From IMG/VR virus record IMGVR_UViG_3300021057_000274, positions 186,001 through 250,000 of that record: a DNA stretch of 64,000 nucleotides; one strand, 5' to 3'. The translations under genes were made by a program, and so were the position numbers. Shown piece after piece: positions 11,201 through 19,769 of this stretch (positions within the stretch are counted from its first letter, which is position 1; each line of letters starts with the position of its first letter). The notes under the pieces are model-generated. The model was given only the letters and a program-made list of their open reading frames with translations, searched no databases and was not told the DNA's origin.

Positions 11201-14200
11201 TCGCGGCCAGGTGGGACCCTCGCCCTTGAGTGACCGCCGTCCATGACGAGGTACCGAGCTGGTGCGGCATGAATATCTCGTTAGACGTGCCGTCACCTAG
11301 CTCGCCGATGGATGAGGTCCCCCACGTGAAGAGCTTTCCGTCTGAGCGGATCGCTGATCTTGTCGTAGCACCTCCGCCGAGCGCGGTCCACGAGGAAGAT
11401 CCCACCTGCATCGGCGACGAGATTCCAGCCGTGGGGTGATAGTTTAACCCGAGCTCGCCGATCGAGTCAACTCCCCAGGTAAAGAGCTTTCCGTCTGAGC
11501 GGATCGCGACGCCGTGGCTCGCCCCCGCCGCGACCGCTGTCCATGAGGAAGAGCTGATCAAGACAGGAGATGAGTAGTTTAGACCTCCTGACGTGGTGTG
11601 CTGTAGCGTCACCGGGATCCCGAGCTGTCCCACCGTGTTGTTGCCCCAGCCGAAGAGCTTGCCGTCGAAACGAATCCCGATCGTCGAGCTGAGCCCGTGC
11701 GCGATCGCGACCCATGACTCGTTGCCAATCTGTGTCGGCGCCGACTCGCGCTTCAGAGAGTTGTTGCCGAGCTGACCCGCGCCGCCGTCACCCCACATGA
11801 AGAGCTTGTCGTCGCCGCTGATCGCCGAGAAGTGCGACATTCCGCCGACTCCCAGCTTCTTGAAGCTGAGATCAGACGCCACCTGGGTCGGTGAGGCCTT
11901 GACCTGAGAGAACGACATGTTGATGAAGCCCCAGGTGAAGAGCTTCTTGTCCGAGCGAATACCTGCCCCCTCGGTCAACCCAGCGGAGATCTCACGCCAC
12001 GTCAAGGTGGGTACTAGCACTGGAGACGACCTGGAGCTTGGAGCTCGACCGTCACCGATCGAGCCAGCCAGATTGGATCCCCAATTGAAGAGCCTGCCGT
12101 TCAGGTCGAGGCCTGACGAGTTGTCAGAGCTCGCGTGGCCGATCACGGACCAGCGCGAGAGGCCGACCTGGACGGGGCTTGAGTAACTAACGATGTCATC
12201 AAGACCAAGGCGTCCGCTCGCGCCGTTGCCCCACGCGAAGAGCAGACCGTCGCTCCTGATCGCCTTCGTCTGCGCGTTCCCTCTCGAGATCGCCGTCCAC
12301 GACGACGTGCCGACCTGTACCGGGGAGGAGCGGCTCGTCGTCGTTCCGTCACCGAGCTGGCCCAAGGAGTTGAGCCCCCAGGTAAAGAGGGCTCCGTCCT
12401 CTCTCAGGGCGCCGCTGTAGGAAGCTCCGCCCGCGACGGCGATCCATGAGGAGGTACCGACTTGCACGGGGCTAGAGCGGTTCGCCCCAGCGTCACCGAG
12501 CTGCCCAGACGAGTTCGATCCCCAGGTAAAGAGACCGCCGTCTGACCGAATTCCCAAGACGTGGTTGTTACCGCCGTCAACCACGATCCAAGAGGAGGTG
12601 CCGACCTGAACGGGTGACGAGCGCTCACCGGTCGTACCGTCGCCGAACTGTCCGTTGGCTCCGTCGCCCCAGCTGAAGAGCCCACCGTCCGCGCGAATCG
12701 CGACGGAGTAGTTAGCTCCGCACCCAGCGGTGATCGCGACCCAAGATGAGGTGCCGATCTGTACGGGTGAGGAGCTGTTTGAGATCGAGCTATTTCCTAG
12801 CTCGCCAGACGCGCCGCGCCCCCACGCGAAGAGCCTACCGTCGGAGCGAATCGCGAGCACGTGCTGTGACGCTGAGATCGCTGACCAGGTAGAAGTGCCG
12901 ATCTGCACGGGAGATGAGCGGTCGATCGTCGTGCCATCTCCGACCGCCCCGTTTGCGTTGTGGCCCCAGCCGAAGAGAGATCCGTCGGAACGGATCGCGA
13001 CGGTGAAGCTGTGACCTGACGCGACCTGGCTCCAACTCTTATAGCCGATCTGGACCGGCGACGAAGCTAACGAGGTCGCGATGCCGAACAAGTTGAAGGC
13101 GGATCCGTCTGACGCTGACCCCCACATGTACAGCTTGCCGTCCTTGATACCGCCAGTTGACTGATTTCCTGAGCTGACGGTCGCCCAAGACGAGAGTCCG
13201 ATCTGGATCGGTGATGATCGCGAGCTGATCTCACCGTCACCCAACCGGCCGTTCGTGTTGATCCCCCACGCGAAGAGCTTGCCGTCGACGTCGATCGCGT
13301 GCGAGGTGAGGGATCCAGCGTGAACCACCGCCCATGAGCTAGCTCCGATCGAGACTGGAGATGACCGAGCGGTGGTAGAGTCGTCACCGAGCTGCCCGCT
13401 TCCATTATTGCCCCACGCGAAGAGCTTGCCGTCGAGGCGAATCGCGAGGGTGTGATCGTCGGTTCCAGCGCTGACCCCGACCCAGCTAGAGGTGCCGATC
13501 TGTACCGGGGAAGACAGGTCAGGAGCAGCGGTACCGTTACCCAAGCGTCCGTTAGCTGCTGCACCCCAGGTAAACAGTCCGCCGTCAGAACGAATCGCGA
13601 CGCCGTGAGATCCAGCCAACGAGATCGCGGTCCACGACGACGTGCCGATCTGTACTGGCGATGATCGATTGGTGACGGATCCGTCACCAAGCTTTCCTGC
13701 GGTGTTCTCGCCCCAAGTAAAGAGGGAGCCGTCGGAGCGGATCGCGGCAGTCTGAAAGTTTCTAGCTGCGATCGCGATCCAGCTCGAAGTTCCGACCTGC
13801 GTTGGGCTAGAGATCGAGGTGGTGTTGCCAAGGCCGAGTTGCCCCTCGGTCCCTCGCCCCCACACGAAGAGAGCGCCGTCCTTTCGCAGAGCGGCCGAGT
13901 GCAAGCCACCGCAGGCGATCGCGGTCCAGCTTGACGCGCCGATCTGGAGGGGGCTCGAGAGCGACGCGGTGTCGTTGGAGCCCAAGCGCCCTTGCCCGCC
14001 GTTGCCCCACGCGAAGAGTCCCCCGTCGGAGCGCAGAGCGAGGGTGTGCGCCGAACCGAACGCTAGCGCGACCCAGCTTAGAGGATCATGTTGGCCGATC
14101 TGAACGGGTGACGAGCGATCATTGAGCAGGCCGTCACCGAGCTGCCCTGAGGAATTTCCTCCCCAAGCGTACAGGGATCCCTCTGAGTCGATGACGACCG

Positions 14201-14222
14201 CATAGCTGCCGACCGAGCTCAC
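5205..14222 (-). CDS. Giant RCC1/BLIP-II repeat protein (~50+ repeats) with C-terminal LamG/ConA-like domain; putative fibre/adhesin
   Basis: Repeated ~50-aa unit AIRSDGALFxWGxNxxGQLGDGxxxxxSSPVQIGTSSWTAVxxG; C-terminal DFDFGTGSYTAEAF..WYHIVCQR..VWIDG..GVRVTKGAARY. Confidence 0.9.
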   Translation of the reverse strand: MSSVGSYAVVIDSEGSLYAWGGNSSGQLGDGLLNDRSSPVQIGQHDPLSWVALAFGSAHTLALRSDGGLFAWGNGGQGRLGSNDTASLSSPLQIGASSWTAIACGGLHSAALRKDGALFVWGRGTEGQLGLGNTTSISSPTQVGTSSWIAIAARNFQTAAIRSDGSLFTWGENTAGKLGDGSVTNRSSPVQIGTSSWTAISLAGSHGVAIRSDGGLFTWGAAANGRLGNGTAAPDLSSPVQIGTSSWVGVSAGTDDHTLAIRLDGKLFAWGNNGSGQLGDDSTTARSSPVSIGASSWAVVHAGSLTSHAIDVDGKLFAWGINTNGRLGDGEISSRSSPIQIGLSSWATVSSGNQSTGGIKDGKLYMWGSASDGSAFNLFGIATSLASSPVQIGYKSWSQVASGHSFTVAIRSDGSLFGWGHNANGAVGDGTTIDRSSPVQIGTSTWSAISASQHVLAIRSDGRLFAWGRGASGELGNSSISNSSSPVQIGTSSWVAITAGCGANYSVAIRADGGLFSWGDGANGQFGDGTTGERSSPVQVGTSSWIVVDGGNNHVLGIRSDGGLFTWGSNSSGQLGDAGANRSSPVQVGTSSWIAVAGGASYSGALREDGALFTWGLNSLGQLGDGTTTSRSSPVQVGTSSWTAISRGNAQTKAIRSDGLLFAWGNGASGRLGLDDIVSYSSPVQVGLSRWSVIGHASSDNSSGLDLNGRLFNWGSNLAGSIGDGRAPSSRSSPVLVPTLTWREISAGLTEGAGIRSDKKLFTWGFINMSFSQVKASPTQVASDLSFKKLGVGGMSHFSAISGDDKLFMWGDGGAGQLGNNSLKRESAPTQIGNESWVAIAHGLSSTIGIRFDGKLFGWGNNTVGQLGIPVTLQHTTSGGLNYSSPVLISSSSWTAVAAGASHGVAIRSDGKLFTWGVDSIGELGLNYHPTAGISSPMQVGSSSWTALGGGATTRSAIRSDGKLFTWGTSSIGELGDGTSNEIFMPHQLGTSSWTAVTQGRGSHLAAISNGKLFVWGANANGQLGINATTNQSSPTLVGWDTSWTAVSLGLAHTLAIRNDGKLFTWGMNNVGQLGDGTQVNKSSPVQIGVSSWTAVRAGTSFSLAIRSDGALYGWGNNDFGQIGNANYHTSPLAVGASSWTAIAGGRNFTCAIRSDGALFTWGTNDVGQLGDGTSAFKQSPVQIGTSSWTAVSAGSSHMVAIRSDGALFTWGWNSTGQLGDGSQTNRSSPVQIGTSSWTAISGGGNTANGDAHSAAIRSDGALFTWGTANRGRLGNGSSSGNVLSPVQIGTSSWTMVACGGYYTLAIRTDGGLFTWGTGDGGELGDSNGARSSPVQVGTSSWTFVSSGFGGNMGTVGAIRTDGALFCWGYNGSGAVGDGTTTNRSSPVSIGSSSWTAIRTTCLHASTPFAIGIRSDGALFGWGNNSVGQLGDGTQVNKSSPVQIGSSSWTALGIGYTTGHGIRFGGALFGWGSNDSGQLGAGTPGTVLSPMQVGTSSWTALAAGPSHAMGIRSDGRLFAWGNNGSGQLGDGTIVTQQSPVSIGTSSWTAVTTGNFHTAALRSDGALFTWGVGSTGRLGDGTTVSKSSPVQIGSSSWTAVAALDISTAAIRTDGAIFVWGGGPSSLGLSDFPNIYSKLLTQVGTSSWTAVAASTISNQGMTYAIRSDGALYGWGSNFSSQLGDSSSTSRSSPVLIGGTSSWTAVATSGDHGHAIRTDGAMFAWGFGTNGQLGNNSNAAVSSPVLVSGSHSWTAVATYAPGTIARRADGALFAWGFNSTVENIDSSGVNYSVPTQIGSSSWTAVGSSNLDADTNQSVRYMIRTDGRLFAMGAEGKGQLGNNHQRTPSSFVAVSAGDRVIGAIRSDGALMTWGNSTQGVHGQWIRVNKSFPTVLGQFRSWSKVSTGADSSTGIKSDGSLWGWGNNSINQLGDGTSVAKSSPVLIGGSSSWTAVSKGANHAIALRTDGGLFAWGAGSNGQIGNGSAGNINSPIQLGSSSWTAVSAGGTHSLAIRTDGALFAWGLNNAGQLGNESPSNTSSPVQIGSSSWTAISGGGSHTIAIRSDGALFTWGLNLTGQLGDGSTTNRSSPVPIGSSSWTAIAGGSDHSLAIRSDGALFAWGYNGTGQLGDLSTVTKSSPVQIGTSSWTMVGAAKHTSLAIRTDGAVFTWGDGQNGQLGHGATITGFIKSSPVQIGTSSWTFIGTGSSTSTPSAIRSDGALFTWGVDLSGMLGTLSSATMSSPVLVPSGDPVTKSSWVMISGSYASNMAAIRSDGALFTWGDNSFGQLGKSSEYSHESSPVQVGVNSWAAVSTGSHTAAVRSDGALFVWGSNASFQLGVLTHRVSSPIQVGTESWHALPSATKSISHAAAIRGDRKLFLWGYNTSGHIGDHKSVGATVGLSYVFPTKLDERSWIAIAAGYDHMTAIRDDGLLFAWGIDTWGQLGQGTLGARSSPVQIGASSWTAISNGGESGFGGSSYAIRTDGGLFSWGIGNDGRLGLGSTTSFSSPVQVGTSSWTAVSGGTSHVLAIRSDGALFTWGGNGSGQLGDNTTTPKSSPIQIGTSSWTAVCAGSTTSMAIRIDGALFAWGVNGSGQLGDGSTTSRSSPVLIGSSSWTAVSAATSHTVAIRSDGALFAWGLNSLYQLGDATLTNRSSPIQIGTSSWVAIATLHSTTYAKRSDGKLFAWGDNASAQIGNGSSLSFNPIPVQPLGLENMKFVDVVTGVNWTHALRADGALFGWGSNSSGQLGDGSVTTRSTPTAITTVKFGKIGGTVLSGYGITGIPGESFVLDPQYDSTVLIMANENGTGSTFIDQSRHARALSTTGTVVWSDASPPEGAARSVVLNGTSRLEVASTSADFDFGTGSYTAEAFVSWASYSSTADVHIFGACNYNWNANNGWAFTRYDPAGGWILWHQTNSVIIFNDFTPTLNKWYHIVCQRHLGLVRVWIDGVLRGQGIDTSNIASTPVFTIGGSANGTSAHHNGAFAGVRVTKGAARYHSTSFRPPYLPLKFT

Positions 14223-16843
14223 TTACTCCACCGTTTCAGATACTTGAGGGCTCTGTCTAACACCGCGGCCGTGAGATCCGTAAACGACCATCCGCTGTTG
14301 TTGCCACCGTTGACCGAGTGCGCTCCTGCGTACCAGGTCCCAGGTTGCACCGTCGACCTGCTGATCGACAGCCAATCGGTCACTACTCTCCCAACCGTCC
14401 TCTTGACGAGAGTGTGACTTGCCGCGGTGAGACTTCCGATAGTTACCAACTTTCCTGGCTCGCCCCTTACGTTCCAAGTATTTACCGTTGTGGTAGAACC
14501 GGCAGTGAAGCGGAGAGTCTGCGGGGGAGTTGTAACGGAGATCGAGTCAAACGTGTTATTTCCGACGAAATCAAGTCCGCTGTTGGGCGTGTCGCAAGAA
14601 AAAGCTATGGCTGGCCAAGTCTTGCCTCCACCCCTAAACTGTCGCGGGTTCGTCGTGTTTCCGGCGACCTCTAGAGTCCAAGAGTGAGGCTTGACCGTCA
14701 AGTTCGTCGCCGTGTCAAAGTCGAGAACGTTCTCGGCGTCCGTTGACATGGTCGTGAGCTTTCCGCCAGACGCCGATGACCTTATCTCTCGTAAGTTCGC
14801 GTTGTTCGACAAAAACTTTCCGACCGTGAGCTTCTTTCCGTTCAAGTCAACGATTCCTTGAGTGAGCGTAAACGCCCACAGGTCAGGGCTCATCGTGATG
14901 TTGTCTCCGAGCGTCAACGTGCTTCCCGACGAGTTATACGTGATGGGTCGCCTGAAGGCTACTCCATTAGAGGTGATCGTGCTAGACGGTCCAGCGAACC
15001 CAACAGCCGTAGAATCTGACGTGACGGTCATGGTCGGTGAGAGAGTCAAGTTACCGATGATGGTCAGCGCGAACGTGGGGACGCCCATCGTCCCTGAGAA
15101 ACCAGTAAAGTTGAGGTTGCTGCAATTGCCCACTTGCGGGATTACCGTGTCTGATCCTGCGGTAACGTTCATGAAGAGGTTCGCGTGACCCCCGCCGTGG
15201 ATCGTCCGAGTACCAGTAGACCCGCTGTAGGTGAAGTTGACATTGACGACGTCGTTTGCGGTGACCGGGCTGTTAGCGTTGAAGACGTTGGTATTGTTGC
15301 CAGTGATGTTGATCTGCCCGCCAGCCGCGGTGACCGAATGTCCAAATGACCCGTTGCTGTACCAACCAGTGATCGTCAGCGTCTTTCCGTTGAGGTCGAG
15401 AGTGCCGCTCGTGACCGTGGTCGAGAGGTTAATGTTCCCGGTGAGCGTCGCGTTATCGCTCAACTTCAACGTCGTTCCCATCGTGAACTGCCAGTTGGCT
15501 GGCCAAGTTTTACCCGCGGAGGTGATGTTCTGGGTCGTCCGCCCCTGAAAGAGAACGTCGGTGCCAGTAAGCGAAGCGTTAGAGTCAAGCGTGACGTCGC
15601 CGAGGAAGACTGGCTGCTGGCTAAAGTTAAGCGTAAATGTCTGGTCGGTGCCAGAACAGAGAAGATTGCCGATCCCGACGTTTGAGATGTTGATCGTGAC
15701 CGTTTGCCCGTTCGCTGAGAAGCTGCTCGCGTCAAAGACAACCGTGTCTTGAGGCAGCGGAAAGTTGTTCGCGTCGGTCGCTCCGTTGCTAGATGTCGCC
15801 CAACGGTTCGACGCGTTCCAGTTTCCGGTTCCACCCACCCAAAACTTGTCAACTCCCGTAGTGAAGGTGATCCCCGAGTTTCCCTTGAGATCACCGACCC
15901 GCGTACCTGACCAGGTCGCCGCCCCAGCTCCAGTGACGTCTCGGAAATCAACGTCGGTCAGCGACACCGCTGCGGCGGTAAGCGTTCGAGCGGTGCCGAT
16001 CGTGTTGGAGCGCACGAGCCACCTCTCGGTCGCGGCGAAGGGCTGCGGAAACGACAATGTACCGTTGATCGTTTGATTTGCCTCAAGCGAGAGCTCAGCG
16101 CCCCACACTCCGACCCGCTCAAAGGTGAGGTTGTTGAACGTGTTTGTCCCGCTGATCGACCTAACGTTGGGGGTAGCCGTGTTCGTGAAGCTCACGTTGT
16201 GAAAGGTGCGTCCGTTGCCGCGAAAGAGAGCCGACGATGATGACATGTTGATCGTCGATGTTCCGGCGTTTAGAGTGGGAGCTGATCCGTTGGTGAAGTC
16301 GAGGTTGCTCGTAACCGTGACCGTGGACGCCCCTAACGTCAACGTGCCAGATCCCCCGGAGTTGTTGAGGGTAGCTACGGTGAGCGTTTGTCCGTTGGTG
16401 TCAAAGGTGCCAGTTCCGATCGTCAGGGCAGCTCCGATCACTCCTGCGTCTTGCATGGTCCACGTCCCAGCACCTAGCGTAGTGACTGTACCGGCGATCG
16501 TTTTGCCGTTGAAGGTGATCGTGTGGGATCCTGTTCCTCTGAGAGCTTTAGTCGCGCTGTGAGTGAATGTCATCCCGGATCCGAGCGTCAGGTTTCCGTA
16601 GATGTCAACGCCGTCAGAGCCTTGGAACGTTCCCGTGAAACCCGTGAAATTGAGGTTAGCGCAAGTGAGCGGTCCGTTTTCGGTGCCCACGGTGACCGAG
16701 CCGCTGTTTCCGTCAAAGAACACGTTGTCGGTCGAGGTGGGTCTTGAGGCCCCACCGGTGCCGCCGGTGGAGGTCGCCCACAGCGACCCGTCAGAGGTGC
16801 CGCTCCAGTTAGCTGATCCGCCTACCCAGTATCTGTCGGCCAT
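14219..16843 (-). CDS. Beta-helical Thr/Gly/Asn-rich fibre/adhesin-like protein
   Basis: Two copies of (R/K)(Y/F)WVGGxxNW..WATS..P..DxVxFD; autotransporter-passenger-like beta-strand repeats. Confidence 0.75.
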   Translation of the reverse strand: MADRYWVGGSANWSGTSDGSLWATSTGGTGGASRPTSTDNVFFDGNSGSVTVGTENGPLTCANLNFTGFTGTFQGSDGVDIYGNLTLGSGMTFTHSATKALRGTGSHTITFNGKTIAGTVTTLGAGTWTMQDAGVIGAALTIGTGTFDTNGQTLTVATLNNSGGSGTLTLGASTVTVTSNLDFTNGSAPTLNAGTSTINMSSSSALFRGNGRTFHNVSFTNTATPNVRSISGTNTFNNLTFERVGVWGAELSLEANQTINGTLSFPQPFAATERWLVRSNTIGTARTLTAAAVSLTDVDFRDVTGAGAATWSGTRVGDLKGNSGITFTTGVDKFWVGGTGNWNASNRWATSSNGATDANNFPLPQDTVVFDASSFSANGQTVTINISNVGIGNLLCSGTDQTFTLNFSQQPVFLGDVTLDSNASLTGTDVLFQGRTTQNITSAGKTWPANWQFTMGTTLKLSDNATLTGNINLSTTVTSGTLDLNGKTLTITGWYSNGSFGHSVTAAGGQINITGNNTNVFNANSPVTANDVVNVNFTYSGSTGTRTIHGGGHANLFMNVTAGSDTVIPQVGNCSNLNFTGFSGTMGVPTFALTIIGNLTLSPTMTVTSDSTAVGFAGPSSTITSNGVAFRRPITYNSSGSTLTLGDNITMSPDLWAFTLTQGIVDLNGKKLTVGKFLSNNANLREIRSSASGGKLTTMSTDAENVLDFDTATNLTVKPHSWTLEVAGNTTNPRQFRGGGKTWPAIAFSCDTPNSGLDFVGNNTFDSISVTTPPQTLRFTAGSTTTVNTWNVRGEPGKLVTIGSLTAASHTLVKRTVGRVVTDWLSISRSTVQPGTWYAGAHSVNGGNNSGWSFTDLTAAVLDRALKYLKRWSK

Positions 16844-16844
16844 C

Positions 16845-19769
16845 TTATCCGACTCTCCGGACGATCTTCGCTAGGTTGGGATCATAGCCGGTACCCATCA
16901 GCCCTGACGTGTCCGAGCCAAACGCGAAGAGCTTCCCCTGAGAGTCGATCGACATGTTGATCGCGGAGCCGTAAGCCGTTTTCGCCCAGTCGGTCTTCGC
17001 GCCGATCTGAACTGGTGACGACTTGGAGGAGAGAGATCCGTCCCCGAGGGCGCCTTGGGATGCGCTGCCCCACGTAAAGAGCGCGCCGTCGGTGCGGATC
17101 GCTGCAACTCCGCTGATGTGGGCGCTCACCGCGGTCCATGACGAGGATCCCACCTGGATCGGTTCGCTCCAAAAGGTTGAGTGATTCACTCCGAGCTGTC
17201 CGCTTCCGTTACCGCCCCATGTGAAGAGCGCACCGTCGGAGCGAATCGCCGCGACGATGCTTGAGCTAACTCCCACAGATGTCCAGCTAGAGGTACCTAC
17301 CTGCACCGGCGACCGCGGACCCGTTGACGTGAAGTTGCCGTACTTTGACCCCGAGAGAGAGTTGTTGTTGTCGCCCCAGATGAAGAGCTTCCCCGACCTG
17401 ATCGCTAGGCTAGTTGACCTCGCTCCACAGATCGCTGTCCAGTCGGTCGCTGCGCTGATCGCGATCGGGCTGTTGACGTTGTTGGTGTTGCCGTCTCCCA
17501 CCTGTCCCATTCCCCCTTGCCCCCACCCGAAGAGCACGCCGTCATAACGGATTCCTAGAGCGTGGTTCGTCCCGGGGCCAACCGTTCTCCACCCGAGGGT
17601 GCCGACCTGAGTCGGCGAGCTCCTGGTAGAGGTGTCCCCCACCCCGAGCTCTCCGCTCGTGTTCATCCCCCAACCAAAGAGATTGTTTGACACGACGAAC
17701 GCGGTAGCTGACGGAGTGAAGTTCGCGGTGTAGAGCGCCCTCTTGACGATCCGCACCTCATCGATGTAGCCGTTGATCGTATACCCTGACGCCTCATCTA
17801 ACCCACCGATCTTGAAGGGCTTCGACGAGTTATTGATCGTGTCGTTGATAGTTCCAGTAGTGCCTAGCTGGGTGCCGTCGACGAAGAGATAGAGGTTAGA
17901 TCCTGAGCGGCACACCGCGACGTGATACCAAGTGTCGGTTGACCAGGTGAAATCGCGCGCGTATACGTTGACGTTAGTTCCATCCGTTGACCACAGAAAC
18001 GCGAGACCGTTTCCTGTGGTGTCTGCCTCGTTGAGAAATTGGAAGTTCCAAGCTCGGTTAAGTCCGCTCACGCTCCCTAGCTGGTCGACGATCAACGCGT
18101 TCTTTCCAGGTGCTCCGATGTGCCTCACCCACGCTTCGACCGTGAAGTCACCGCTGCCCAGGGAAAAGTCAGGGTGATCTGGCGTCGAGAAGTAGCTCGA
18201 GCTCCCGTTGAACTTCGCGGACGTCTCGCCGAATTTTGCGTGTTCGGTCGAGATCGTCGCGCTGCTCCCAGCGGTGAAGACCTTTCCCTTGATCGAGTCA
18301 ATCGAGTTGGTGGATCCTCCGGCTTCATCGAAGTGCATGAGGAGAACCTCGGCGTTATCTCTGATCGCGTAGAACGAGCTTCCTCCTGGAGAGCTTCCGA
18401 CGAACGACCACGAGCTCGTTCCGATCTGCACCGGGCTAGATCGAGATGCTCCAGCGTCGCCGAGAGCTCCGTTGGTGCTAGATCCCCACGTAAAGAGCGC
18501 ACCGTCGGAGCGAATCGCCGCAGAGTTTAAGTCGCCGCACGCTACCGCAATCCACGAGGAAGTTCCGATCTGAACGGGTGACGACCTGGAGGTGGTGGTG
18601 CCGTCCCCGAGACGGCCGACTCCTGCTCCGTTTTGCCCCCACGCAAACAATCCCCCGTCAGAGCGGATCGCTAACGTGTGATTTGTTCCTGTCGAGATCG
18701 CGGTCCAGCTAGAGGTGCCAACCTGCACCGGAGAAGATCGTGGGGTAGTGTTTCCGTTCCCCAGCTCGCCGTTAGAGTTTCCGCCCCACGTGAAGAGTCC
18801 GCCGTCTTGCCTGATCGCGACGCAATATGAGGAGCCGTTGGCTACCGCCGTCCATGACGAGGACCCGATCTGGATCGGGCTGAAAGCGTCTAGGATCGCG
18901 GAGTTTCCGATCTGCCCGCTAGTTCCGAGTCCCCACGCGAAGAGGGCACCGTCGGAGCGAATCGCCACGATCGTTGAGCCTCCGTGGACCGCTGTCCACG
19001 ACGACGCTCCGAGCTGCGGGCCGGGCCTCCTTCTCAAGTGAATTTCAGCGGGAACAACGTAGCCTGGAACGTCTGATCCCCAGATGAAGAAGCCTCCGTC
19101 CGACCGGATCGCCCCCATGCAAGAGGACTCAAATGAAGATGAGACCGCGGTCCAGGATGACGTTCCGACCTGAACCGGAGATGACCTCGCGGTGTTATCG
19201 TTCAGCCCGAGAATGTCACCTGACCCCCACGTAAAGAGACCGCCGTCCGAGCGGATCGCCGCGGTGGCTGAGGGCCCGCACACGACCGCCGTCCACGACG
19301 ACGTGCCGATCTGGACGGGTGATGACCTGTTGGTTTGTGAGCCGTCCCCTAGCTGTCCGAGGCCGTTCGCTCCCCACGCGAAGAGGGCGCCGTCGGAGCG
19401 AATCGCCGCGGTGTGAGCCCCACCCACGGAGACCGCCGTCCACGACGAAGATCCCACCTGAGTCGGGAGATAGACCTGAGCGACCATGCCCAGCGGAGAG
19501 ATCTGTGACAGGTAACCAAGTTGGCCAGAGGTGTTGAACCCCCACGTGAAGAGAGCGCCGTCGGAGCGGATCGCGGCATGATGGCCGCCGATCGACGAGG
19601 GCGCCACGCTCAACCACTGGGTGCCAGGCATGAGCTCGAAGGGCTCCTTGCGGGCCGTGGAGGAGGCGCCGTCTGGCAAGAACCCCGCGTTGTTGTTCAG
19701 TCCGCCCCACGCGTAGAGCTGTCCGGCATCCTTGCCGGTAGATGCCGGGGGATTGTTGAAGATCGGCAT
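16845..19769 (-). CDS. RCC1-repeat protein with an internal LamG domain (974 aa)
   Basis: Start revised to ATG at 19769 (TAATG overlap with upstream stop). Same RCC1 consensus; LamG LLMHFDE..DFTVEAWV..WYHVAVCR..GYIDEVRI. Confidence 0.85.
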   Translation of the reverse strand: MPIFNNPPASTGKDAGQLYAWGGLNNNAGFLPDGASSTARKEPFELMPGTQWLSVAPSSIGGHHAAIRSDGALFTWGFNTSGQLGYLSQISPLGMVAQVYLPTQVGSSSWTAVSVGGAHTAAIRSDGALFAWGANGLGQLGDGSQTNRSSPVQIGTSSWTAVVCGPSATAAIRSDGGLFTWGSGDILGLNDNTARSSPVQVGTSSWTAVSSSFESSCMGAIRSDGGFFIWGSDVPGYVVPAEIHLRRRPGPQLGASSWTAVHGGSTIVAIRSDGALFAWGLGTSGQIGNSAILDAFSPIQIGSSSWTAVANGSSYCVAIRQDGGLFTWGGNSNGELGNGNTTPRSSPVQVGTSSWTAISTGTNHTLAIRSDGGLFAWGQNGAGVGRLGDGTTTSRSSPVQIGTSSWIAVACGDLNSAAIRSDGALFTWGSSTNGALGDAGASRSSPVQIGTSSWSFVGSSPGGSSFYAIRDNAEVLLMHFDEAGGSTNSIDSIKGKVFTAGSSATISTEHAKFGETSAKFNGSSSYFSTPDHPDFSLGSGDFTVEAWVRHIGAPGKNALIVDQLGSVSGLNRAWNFQFLNEADTTGNGLAFLWSTDGTNVNVYARDFTWSTDTWYHVAVCRSGSNLYLFVDGTQLGTTGTINDTINNSSKPFKIGGLDEASGYTINGYIDEVRIVKRALYTANFTPSATAFVVSNNLFGWGMNTSGELGVGDTSTRSSPTQVGTLGWRTVGPGTNHALGIRYDGVLFGWGQGGMGQVGDGNTNNVNSPIAISAATDWTAICGARSTSLAIRSGKLFIWGDNNNSLSGSKYGNFTSTGPRSPVQVGTSSWTSVGVSSSIVAAIRSDGALFTWGGNGSGQLGVNHSTFWSEPIQVGSSSWTAVSAHISGVAAIRTDGALFTWGSASQGALGDGSLSSKSSPVQIGAKTDWAKTAYGSAINMSIDSQGKLFAFGSDTSGLMGTGYDPNLAKIVRRVG

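Noticed and set aside
5205-19769. Regularly spaced conserved DNA repeats resembling a CRISPR array or DGR TR/VR pair
   Set aside because: The ~150-nt period is in frame and encodes RCC1 repeats. No cas or reverse transcriptase gene is in the window, and the differences are not adenine-specific.
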